Assembly: GCA_949529445.1 (NCBI GenBank)
Contig: CATISA010000026.1
Location: forward strand, 15,548-79,547
Reading direction: 5' to 3'
DNA: 64,000 bases
Source: Alphaproteobacteria bacterium UBA4588
Lineage (GTDB): Bacteria > Pseudomonadota > Alphaproteobacteria > Puniceispirillales > Puniceispirillaceae
The first letter of the stretch is position 1; each line of letters begins with the position of its first letter. The notes under the pieces were generated by a model. The model was given only the letters and a program-made list of their open reading frames with translations, did no database searches and was not told the origin of the DNA. Positions 31,294-40,027 of the stretch are shown here, in pieces. The translations under genes were made by a program, and so were the position numbers.

Positions 31294-31546
31294 GGAATGG
31301 TTTATCTTCTTAACGTAAATAATACAAAAATAGCTTGTTTTGCCTATCGTAAAACGCGATGGCGGCTTGCAGGCCTAATGAAAAAAAATTAGAATAGCGC
31401 ACAGAAAGTTTTAGGGGAAATTCTTTTCATTTCATCAATTTCACTCTTGGCTATTTACCAATCATGCTCTTCTCGATAGAGATGTGCTTACCAGAATCAG
31501 AATTTCAACCGTTGAATTGTGTTAACCCGTTATCAGGTAACAAATT

Positions 31547-32590
31547 ATGATTAAAATAGATGGTAAAATGGGTCTATACGGTCTGTTAATTAGCCTGCTT
31601 TTGCAACTTTCTGTTGTTTCTATTTCACCGGCTGAGGCTGAAGAAGAAATGCGCGATAGTGCAACTGTCCTGATGTATCACCGTTTTGGCGAATCACGTT
31701 ACCCGTCCACGAACATCAGCATCCAACAGTTTGAAGCGCATCTCGCTCATTTAGCTGGAGGAAATTATACTGTCTTAAAGCTAGATGATATTATCGTGCG
31801 GCTTCGGGCAGGTGAGCTTCTTCCAGACCGCACAGTTGCGATTACAATAGATGATGCATATTTGTCTGTTTATACCGAAGCTTGGCCCCGCCTGACCGAA
31901 GCAGGGTTTCCGTTTACTTTGTTTGTTGCAAGTAGCCCGATAGATAGGAAACTATCGGGTTACATGTCATGGGAGCAGATACGCGAATTACAATCATCAG
32001 GTGTTACGATTGGGTCACAAACTCATACACACCCGCATATGCACAGGTTAAGTGATGAGGAAGTTCGCGCCGAAATATCAACATCGAATGGACGATTCAT
32101 TGAAGAACTTGGCCTAAGACCGGAGCTCTTTGCCTATCCATATGGTGAATATTCTCAATTTGTCATTGATGCTGTTAAAAATGCTGGCTTCCGTGCCGCC
32201 TTTGGTCAAAATTCAGGTATCATGCATAGTGCCGATGATCAGTTCCAGCTTCCTCGATTTGCCTTTAATGAAGCCTATGGCACAATTGATAGGCTTAAGT
32301 TGGCTGTTGATGGTTTGCCGTTAAAAGTGCATGACCTTACCCCTGAAGACATGGTTTTAACGATGAATCCGCCACTTTATGGATTTACCGTGAGCGAGGA
32401 AATGAGCCCCGTGAGCCAGTTAAGGTGCTTTTCAAACAACCATGGAAAACTTGATGTTACAATGCTTGGTATGCGTGCCGAGATTAGAGCACCAGGCCCG
32501 TTAACAGAGCCCCGCGCGCGGATTAATTGCACAATGCCTGCTGTTGATGGTCGTTGGCGCTGGTTTGGGCGCCAATTTCTGACGCGTTAA
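31547..32590 (+). CDS. Secreted polysaccharide deacetylase (NodB-homology domain) family protein
   Basis: Signal peptide, then MYHRFG, the TIDDAY Asp motif, the histidine cluster SQTHTHPHM, and FAYPYG. The C-terminal ~100 aa are unassigned. Confidence 0.75.
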   Translation: MIKIDGKMGLYGLLISLLLQLSVVSISPAEAEEEMRDSATVLMYHRFGESRYPSTNISIQQFEAHLAHLAGGNYTVLKLDDIIVRLRAGELLPDRTVAITIDDAYLSVYTEAWPRLTEAGFPFTLFVASSPIDRKLSGYMSWEQIRELQSSGVTIGSQTHTHPHMHRLSDEEVRAEISTSNGRFIEELGLRPELFAYPYGEYSQFVIDAVKNAGFRAAFGQNSGIMHSADDQFQLPRFAFNEAYGTIDRLKLAVDGLPLKVHDLTPEDMVLTMNPPLYGFTVSEEMSPVSQLRCFSNNHGKLDVTMLGMRAEIRAPGPLTEPRARINCTMPAVDGRWRWFGRQFLTR

Positions 32591-32591
32591 A

Positions 32592-33554
32592 TTAACCCTC
32601 ACTTGATAATTGTCGTGAGGCTAATCTGTCAAAATCATTTTGTGTGATCATCTTTTCTAGGGTCGTAACATATTCAGAACCTGTTTCAGCATATCGGGAT
32701 AAAAACGGGATAAGCTGCAGACCAGAAACAGATGTCTTGCCTGACAAGAGAAGCTCAGAGCGGCGTTTGCGAAACGCTTCATAAGCATAATGTGTATTTA
32801 AATTCGTCATATATGAGCGAACCGAACTCAAAAGGTCAGGAAACGAGCGAACTGCGGCACGGCTATTACTTGCCTGCGCAGGCTTGATACCCTCACTGAT
32901 ATCCCACACCCACTGACCGAACAGCGCATTTCCTTCACGTGTAAAGCGTGACTGACCCCAGCCAGATTCAACAGCCGCCTGCGCTAGAGCGATGTCAACC
33001 GGTATCGGCTGCACCCTTATCTGCAAGGACCGGTCACGCTGTTCAGCTGATTCCTGTGTCTCTGGAAGTCTATATTTTTTGGCAAAGGCTGCCAGAACAT
33101 CATCATTTCCAGACCTGAGCGCCAGCGCTATGGCTTGTTTATCATCTAATATCTCATCGTTCGCCTTTAAAATTAGTGGCAGCATGACCTGAATAAATTG
33201 CTGTTTGCGGCGCTGCGTATCATGTTCATCAAGGGCGGGCATTCGGGAGATAAAAAGTCTTGGGATCACCTGTGATGTGTCAAAAACATCATAGTCTAAC
33301 TCAGGTGGGAAGGGCGGTAATTTCAGCGTGGCAATCGGGCTGTAGGAGGAAGAAGCCGTTTTACCCGGCTTCTTATCTTTCTGTTTCATGACAGCACTGT
33401 CAGAGTGACCAACAAAATCATCGTGCGGGGCTGTTATTGTTGGCGATGGCACATGCAGAAGAGGTAAAAGATAATGACATGCAGTGGCCAATAACATAGC
33501 CAATACAAGTGTTTTATTGGAAATTGCAGGGAGAGTTGTGTGATTATTGACCAT
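32592..33554 (-). CDS. Membrane-anchored glucosaminidase-domain protein (Bax/FlgJ-like)
   Basis: N-terminal TM anchor. The C-terminal half carries AQAAVESGWGQSRFTREGNALFGQW, typical of mannosyl-glycoprotein endo-beta-N-acetylglucosaminidase domains. Confidence 0.65.
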   Translation of the reverse strand: MVNNHTTLPAISNKTLVLAMLLATACHYLLPLLHVPSPTITAPHDDFVGHSDSAVMKQKDKKPGKTASSSYSPIATLKLPPFPPELDYDVFDTSQVIPRLFISRMPALDEHDTQRRKQQFIQVMLPLILKANDEILDDKQAIALALRSGNDDVLAAFAKKYRLPETQESAEQRDRSLQIRVQPIPVDIALAQAAVESGWGQSRFTREGNALFGQWVWDISEGIKPAQASNSRAAVRSFPDLLSSVRSYMTNLNTHYAYEAFRKRRSELLLSGKTSVSGLQLIPFLSRYAETGSEYVTTLEKMITQNDFDRLASRQLSSEG

Positions 33555-33666
33555 TTAAACAGCTTTCGTGACCCATAAGACAAAGACAAGAAAAGCATAA
33601 AAGGAAAAGGTTAAAAAATGATGTTCATAGAGCCATTTTTAATCCCTATTTTATGATTAAAGCCCA

Positions 33667-34215
33667 TCATTCGTAAGGCCGCACCTCTTTCACTTCGGGA
33701 ATATAATGGCGAAGCATATTTTCAATGCCCATTTTCAGCGTCGCTGTTGAACTTGGGCAACCCTGACAAGCGCCACGCATCTGAAGCGTAACAACACCCT
33801 CATCAAAAGAATGGAAGGTAATATCACCGCCATCCATCGCAACAGCCGGACGCACTCTTGTATCAAGAAGATGTTTAATTTGCTGAACGGTCTCAGTATC
33901 TTCAAAAGCCTCTTCGTTCCCGTCGCTCGTAACTTCCATTACCGGCAGACCCGATGCGAAATGTTCCATAATACCTGCCAAGACTGACGGCTTGAGCGAA
34001 AACCACTCACTGGCATCATCCTTGGTGATGGCGATAAAATCGCCACTCAAGAAAACAGATACAATACCATCAATCTCAAAAATACGCTTCGCAAGCGGTG
34101 ATGTCTTTGTTGCATCTTTTGATACGAACTCAGCTGTATCACCCGGCAATACGGCGACGCCTGGTATAAATTTCAGTGTCGCTGGGTTCGGGGTATCTTC
34201 GGTCTGGATAAACAT
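33667..34215 (-). CDS. NifU/Nfu-family Fe-S cluster scaffold/carrier protein
   Basis: The Nfu N-domain MFIQTEDTPNPATLKFIPG and a C-terminal NifU domain with CQGCPSS. Confidence 0.8.
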   Translation of the reverse strand: MFIQTEDTPNPATLKFIPGVAVLPGDTAEFVSKDATKTSPLAKRIFEIDGIVSVFLSGDFIAITKDDASEWFSLKPSVLAGIMEHFASGLPVMEVTSDGNEEAFEDTETVQQIKHLLDTRVRPAVAMDGGDITFHSFDEGVVTLQMRGACQGCPSSTATLKMGIENMLRHYIPEVKEVRPYE

Positions 34216-34386
34216 AGTGAGATTTCAACTCCAATATTGAGGGTGCGACAAAACCGCGTCATAGAGGCGCAATGCAAAAATTTTCTGGTTTTAGCATAAC
34301 TTCCTGTAGGTGAAATGGGAAGCCGAACAGCCGAAGGCAAGTATAAAGAATATAATTACTTCGTATCATGTATCGTAATTATCTGT

Positions 34387-35442
34387 TTATTCTGGCAAAA
34401 ACCCGACTATTTTTTTAACCTCTGCCAGCACAGGCTCTGCTCGAGCGCGTGCCTGTTCAGTGCCCTTTTTCAGAATTCTGTCAATTTCTACGCTATCGTC
34501 TAATAATCTGTTCATTTTTTCAGAAATAGGTGCTATCTGCGAGACGGTAAGCTCGGCAAGAGCTGGCTTAAATACACCAAAACCCTGCCCTCCAAATTCA
34601 GACAAAATTTCGGCGCTTGTTGCACCTGATAATGCTGCATAGATACCGACCAGATTGCGGGCTTCAGGCCGGTCATCCAGGCCCGCCATCTCAGAGGGTA
34701 GTGGTTCGGGGTCTGTCTTCGCCTTTTTAATTTTCTGCGCAATTTCATCTGCAGAATCTGTCAGATTTACACGTGTATAGTCTGATGGGTTCGACTTACT
34801 CATTTTTGAGCTACCATCACGAAGGCTCATGACCCGGGCAGCAACACCCTGAATCTGTGGTTCAGGGAGAGGAAAGATATCAGCACCAAACATCGCATTA
34901 AACGCTGCTGCAATATCACGTGCGAGCTCAAGATGCTGTTTTTGATCTTCGCCAACAGGGACATGTGTTGCTTTATATGCGAGAATATCTGCTGCCATCA
35001 ACGTAGGATAGGAATATAAACCCACTGTAGCATTTTCTCGATTTTTCCCTGCTTTTTCTTTAAATTGTGTCATCCGGTTAAGCCAGCCAAGCCGCGCTAC
35101 ACAATTAAAAATCCAGGCAAGTTCTGCATGCTGAGGGACAGTTGACTGATTGAAGAGCACAGCTTGGTCTGGGTCAATGCCAGAGGCTATGAGGCACGCC
35201 GCCACTTCTCTAATCGATGTCCGAAGGGCATTGGGGTCCTGCGGTACCGTAATCGCATGTAAATCAACAACGCAGTAAATACAGTCAAAATCATTTTGTA
35301 GGGCAACCCAATTCCGAATCGCACCAAGATAATTTCCAAGATGCAGGTTTCCGGTTGGTTGGACACCAGAAAAAATCACATTCTTTGGCTCTTTGTGAGC
35401 CGATGAAGTGATATCGGCAGAACGAAACTGTGTCTGAGACAT
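34387..35442 (-). CDS. trpS: Tryptophan-tRNA ligase
   Basis: Motif [16 protein letters not shown] (HIGH region) and KMSKS. 351 aa. Confidence 0.93.
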   Translation of the reverse strand: MSQTQFRSADITSSAHKEPKNVIFSGVQPTGNLHLGNYLGAIRNWVALQNDFDCIYCVVDLHAITVPQDPNALRTSIREVAACLIASGIDPDQAVLFNQSTVPQHAELAWIFNCVARLGWLNRMTQFKEKAGKNRENATVGLYSYPTLMAADILAYKATHVPVGEDQKQHLELARDIAAAFNAMFGADIFPLPEPQIQGVAARVMSLRDGSSKMSKSNPSDYTRVNLTDSADEIAQKIKKAKTDPEPLPSEMAGLDDRPEARNLVGIYAALSGATSAEILSEFGGQGFGVFKPALAELTVSQIAPISEKMNRLLDDSVEIDRILKKGTEQARARAEPVLAEVKKIVGFLPE

Positions 35443-35540
35443 GGGAACCCTTTATGGTTATATAAGCTTATCATGTTCTGGCTCTTTATGACCAGCAGGA
35501 GCTGGCTTCTCAAGCCTTTTTCCCCTATCAGGCGCTAAGG

Positions 35541-37109
35541 TTAACGCAGCTTGGGGGCAATTTTCAAGACAACAGCACTGACACCATAAAGAATAAGCCC
35601 GCTTACAACCAAAAGTCCAAGCTGAAGCCGCGGTCCCAACACCTCACTAAAGGACAGCCATTTATTCAAATGCATTTGTATTGCTATCAGCCCAGCGGCC
35701 ATTACAAGCGACGCTGTCAGAGCCTTCGCCATAAAAAGACCGGCTGTAAAATCGAGCTTTTTCTGACGGCGTAACATGGCCGCTTGCCAGATAAAAACGA
35801 TCCAAAAAGACAGGGATGTTGCCAGTGCCAAACCTGCATGCCCAAGGCTCTGCATTAATAGCAGGCTCAGGCATAAATTTATCAGAACTGACACCAGAGA
35901 TATTTTCAGAACAAGCTTTGCCTGTCCTGCAGCATAAAAGGCGGGTTGCAAAATTTTTGTCCCGACAAAGGCCGGCAACCCCACACCATAAGCAATCAAT
36001 GCTAATGACGATAGATAGGCATCATTTTGTGTAAAAGCTCCTGAAAGAAACAGGCCAGACAATAACGGCTCAGCAATCACAATAAGAGCCGCCGCAGCTG
36101 GCAGGATGAATAAAGAGGCTGTTTTAAAACTATTTGATATTTCAGTAGCTACCCCATCTCGCTTTCCAGCAGCTTCAAGGGCTGAGAGCCGCGGCAGTAA
36201 TGCTGTGCCAAGCGCGATTCCAATAATACCCAGCGGCAATTGAGCTATTCTATCAGCATAGTAGAGCCATGAAATGGCACCGATATTCAGCAAAGAAGCA
36301 AGAATCGTATCAACAAGAAGGTTAATCTGAAGGGCCCCAGCACCAAGTGCAGCCGGCAGAAATGATGCCCACATACGCCGTGCTTCTGCTGACAGTCGAA
36401 AGGAAAAAAGACGCGGATTAATCCGCTGTTTTCGCATCCGAATTTGTAACAAACTCACCTGCCCAATGCCTGCAAGCAATACGCCCACCGCCAGAGGCAT
36501 CACAATCAGGAGTCCTGTTTCACCTGAGACTTCCTGATAGACCGGTATCATAATGGCAGCACCAATCAGGCATAAATTTAAAATTACTGGCGCGGCTGCC
36601 CCGCCGGTAAAATCATCATGCGCATTACTGAGTGCTGCCCACAGCGCAACCAACGATATCATAGGAAGATAGGGAAGTGTTATCACTCCAAGAGCAATCG
36701 CAGCTTCAAGTCTTTCTGGTGTGTCTGCAAAACCCGGCGCCAAACCAATCATTATAAAGGGAAGAAAATATTCAAGCAGTAGAACAAAAACTGTTAGTCC
36801 AAGAAGGAGAGCTGTTTGAACTTCACTTACAAAGACAAGCGCTCTTGCTTCTCCTTTTTCAGCACGCATTGCAGAATAGACTGGCAAAAAAACATTCGTG
36901 AGCGCGCCTTCTGCTGTGAGGCGCCGAAATAGATTAGGCAGTTTAAACGCTACCAGAAACGCATCTGCTGCTGCACCAGCCCCCAGAAAATGTGCAAAAA
37001 CAAGGTCGCGCACAAAGCCAGCAACCCGGCTGATAGCTGTCCATGAGCCTATTTGCTTGACAACAGCATTCAGGCTTTTTTTCGGAGGGGTCTCAATCGA
37101 CATGTTCAC
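35541..37109 (-). CDS. murJ: Lipid II flippase MurJ (MviN)
   Basis: Polytopic protein of about 14 TM segments. N-terminal SRVAGFVRDLVFAHFLGAGAAADAFLVAFKLPNLFRRL is typical MurJ. Sits in the glnD-murJ context. Confidence 0.88.
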   Translation of the reverse strand: MNMSIETPPKKSLNAVVKQIGSWTAISRVAGFVRDLVFAHFLGAGAAADAFLVAFKLPNLFRRLTAEGALTNVFLPVYSAMRAEKGEARALVFVSEVQTALLLGLTVFVLLLEYFLPFIMIGLAPGFADTPERLEAAIALGVITLPYLPMISLVALWAALSNAHDDFTGGAAAPVILNLCLIGAAIMIPVYQEVSGETGLLIVMPLAVGVLLAGIGQVSLLQIRMRKQRINPRLFSFRLSAEARRMWASFLPAALGAGALQINLLVDTILASLLNIGAISWLYYADRIAQLPLGIIGIALGTALLPRLSALEAAGKRDGVATEISNSFKTASLFILPAAAALIVIAEPLLSGLFLSGAFTQNDAYLSSLALIAYGVGLPAFVGTKILQPAFYAAGQAKLVLKISLVSVLINLCLSLLLMQSLGHAGLALATSLSFWIVFIWQAAMLRRQKKLDFTAGLFMAKALTASLVMAAGLIAIQMHLNKWLSFSEVLGPRLQLGLLVVSGLILYGVSAVVLKIAPKLR

Positions 37110-37115
37110 CAGTCC

Positions 37116-39971
37116 CTATGATGCTGACTTAGACTCAGTCCCGCCATCAAGAATAGCAAGCAGGGCTTGGTAGATTTTTTCTTGAAACTGTTCACGCTTG
37201 ACCTGCAAACCAAACACATCTTTTACATAGAAAACATCAACGGCTTTCTCACCATATGTCGAGACACTTGCTGAATTAATCTGCAGACCCATTTGTGCGA
37301 GATGATAGGTGATTTGATATAACAGGCCAGGTCTATCTGTCCCATTCACCTCAATAACAGTATGTGTTTTGCTTCGTGCATTAGTAACCAGAACGCGTGG
37401 CGGCACTTTGAGAGCCCGAACCCGTTTTGTTATCCGCGCAGATTTTTGCTGAAGCGCATCAAAGAGCGACATATCACCGGCAAGTGATTTTTCGATCAGT
37501 TGGGAAATACGATCTTTGATATTTGGATCGGCAATTGCCTGCCTGTCTTTTGTCTGGACACGGAATTCGTCTAGAATTGTCCCATCATGCCGGGTATTAA
37601 TACGCGCACTGACAATCGAACATTCTGCCATCGCAACAGCGCCAGCAATGCGCGAAAATAAACCAGGATGGTCTGCTGCCATCACCGTTAAAATAGAGGA
37701 TTTACTATCCTTGTCAGTAATAATATCAATCAAGAGTTCCTTTTTGCTGGCCTTAAATATCTCAGCAAAGGTGGTATGATGTACCAGGCGGTCCGTTGGA
37801 AAATTTGTCCAATAGCTTGGATAGAATAGTGATGCATGCGCCTCGAACATCTCATCCGACCATTCGGACAGGGCGCGGCGCGCCTCGTCACGAGCATCAG
37901 CAGCAGCCCCAAGTGAGACTTCAGTCGGAGCAGCCCCACCAAGCACAGCTTCTGCTCGCCGGTATAAATCGCGCATTAACGTTGCCTTCCAGCCATTCCA
38001 GATGTCCGGACCAACCGCGCGAATATCGGCAACCGTCAATATCAGAAGCAGTTTAAGGCGTTCTGGAGACTGAACTTCACTGGCGAAATCGCTAATGGTC
38101 TGCGGGTCATGTAAATCATAGCGAAAGGCTGTTTTTGACATCAAAAGATGGGACTGGACCAGCCAAATAACAGTCTCAGTTTCACTCTCACTCAACCCTA
38201 GCTGCGGGCATAAGGTACGAGCAACTTCAGCACCTAATATGGAATGGTCACCACCACGCCCTTTTGCAATATCATGCAATAGCACCGCAACATAAAGGGC
38301 GCGGCGCGAGAGGACTTCATGAATAAGCTGTGATGCCATGGGCGCTTCGGCACGCACAGCCCCCTGTTCAATTTCATTTAATGTACCAAGCGCACGAATG
38401 GTGTGCTCATCGACAGTATAGCTATGATACATATCAAACTGCATCATTCCGACGATCCGGCCAAAATCAGGCAGAAACTTGCCAAGCCAGCCTGCTTCAT
38501 TCATCAATCTCAATACTCGCTCTGAGCTATGTTTTGAGGTAATAATGCCCAAGAAAAGCTGTTTAGTTTCATCAGATTGCAAGTCTTCTGTTGCCGCCGC
38601 ACGCACAGCACGAGTAAGCCGGCGGAAGCTATCTGGGTGAATATCGAGTTGATGCTGCTGGGCAAATGAAAAAAGCTGAATCATGCGTAACTTATCATCA
38701 CCAAATCGCATATTAGCTGGCAGTTGAAGGCGTTTATTTTCTATGGTGAAAGGCGATACTTCAAGCATCACATTCATACCAACCGATATGATTCTGCTTA
38801 GATCAATCCGCGGATTGATAAGCCGGCTATGGGAAAAATCTGTTTCAAGAGCGGCACAAAAAATACGGGTCAAATTTCCAACATGCCGCGCTGCCAGATA
38901 ATATCGCTTCATGAATCGCTCAACATCTTTCATACCAGACCGGCCTACAAATCCCATAAGCGGCGCAATTTCACGTTGAGCATCAAATGTTAGCCGGTCA
39001 TCTTCGCGGTCATGATACAGGTGAAGAAAACACCGCACTGTCCATAAAAATCGCTGGGCACTGGCAAAAGAACGCGCCTCTGATACCCGCAGAATACCAG
39101 TATCCATTACATCAAGCACATTGGTGAACCGATAAGCATGTTTTGCAACCCAAAACAGCGTATGCAAGTCGCGCAAGCCGCCTTTGCCATCTTTTACATT
39201 TGGCTCAACAGCATAACGCGTACCCCCGGTTCTTTTTATCCGTCTTTCACGCTCATCAAGCTTAGCTTCGATAAAGGTGGAAACAGATTGCTGTGATAGC
39301 CATTTCGACCAGCTAGACTTCATCTTGGATGCCAGCGCTTTGTCACCGGCAATATAACGAATTTCAAGCAACGACGTTCGGATTGTCATATCTTCTGTTG
39401 CTGCTTTAAAATTTTCGTCAATCGTGCGGGTTGCATGCCCAACTGCAAGTGACATATCCCATAATATATAGAGGATAAATTCAATAAATTTGGTTTGTTT
39501 GGCGGTTTCCTTCCGGCTGAGGATAAAGAGCAAATCAATATCACTTGATGGCGACAACTCACCACGACCATAGCCACCGGTTGCCATGATACTAACAGGC
39601 GGGCAGTCGGCAAATAAATGACGGCGCGCTACATTTGCAATACCTGCAATGAGCAAATCCATCATCACTGCATGTTTGCCAACATACTCAGCGCCATCAT
39701 GGTTTTTGGTGAGCAGATTACTAAGCTGCGCTTTTCCCTTGCTATGCGCCTGTTTACATAACTCTAACAAGCCGTCCCGAAACTGTTTATCATTAGGCGC
39801 AATATTACAAAGCGCGTCACTATTTGCGCGGAACGTAACATTATCAAAAACAGGTTCCTGTTTTTCTGCAGCCTCATAAGGCGCCAGCCATGTCTTCCAT
39901 AGCGGTAATTTTATCGTCTCTGATGCAGCAGCAGAGGGCGTCTTATGAGAAGAAGTCGACGACATTGGCAC
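37116..39971 (-). CDS. glnD: Bifunctional [protein-PII] uridylyltransferase / uridylyl-removing enzyme
   Basis: Nucleotidyltransferase motif GGYGRGELSPSSDIDLLF, HD domain (LLHDIAKG), and two C-terminal ACT domains. 951 aa. Confidence 0.92.
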   Translation of the reverse strand: MPMSSTSSHKTPSAAASETIKLPLWKTWLAPYEAAEKQEPVFDNVTFRANSDALCNIAPNDKQFRDGLLELCKQAHSKGKAQLSNLLTKNHDGAEYVGKHAVMMDLLIAGIANVARRHLFADCPPVSIMATGGYGRGELSPSSDIDLLFILSRKETAKQTKFIEFILYILWDMSLAVGHATRTIDENFKAATEDMTIRTSLLEIRYIAGDKALASKMKSSWSKWLSQQSVSTFIEAKLDERERRIKRTGGTRYAVEPNVKDGKGGLRDLHTLFWVAKHAYRFTNVLDVMDTGILRVSEARSFASAQRFLWTVRCFLHLYHDREDDRLTFDAQREIAPLMGFVGRSGMKDVERFMKRYYLAARHVGNLTRIFCAALETDFSHSRLINPRIDLSRIISVGMNVMLEVSPFTIENKRLQLPANMRFGDDKLRMIQLFSFAQQHQLDIHPDSFRRLTRAVRAAATEDLQSDETKQLFLGIITSKHSSERVLRLMNEAGWLGKFLPDFGRIVGMMQFDMYHSYTVDEHTIRALGTLNEIEQGAVRAEAPMASQLIHEVLSRRALYVAVLLHDIAKGRGGDHSILGAEVARTLCPQLGLSESETETVIWLVQSHLLMSKTAFRYDLHDPQTISDFASEVQSPERLKLLLILTVADIRAVGPDIWNGWKATLMRDLYRRAEAVLGGAAPTEVSLGAAADARDEARRALSEWSDEMFEAHASLFYPSYWTNFPTDRLVHHTTFAEIFKASKKELLIDIITDKDSKSSILTVMAADHPGLFSRIAGAVAMAECSIVSARINTRHDGTILDEFRVQTKDRQAIADPNIKDRISQLIEKSLAGDMSLFDALQQKSARITKRVRALKVPPRVLVTNARSKTHTVIEVNGTDRPGLLYQITYHLAQMGLQINSASVSTYGEKAVDVFYVKDVFGLQVKREQFQEKIYQALLAILDGGTESKSAS

Positions 39972-40027
39972 TATATTTCCTGTATCACGCGATAATATCT
40001 TGAATTCTACGGATGAGTATGACCGAT

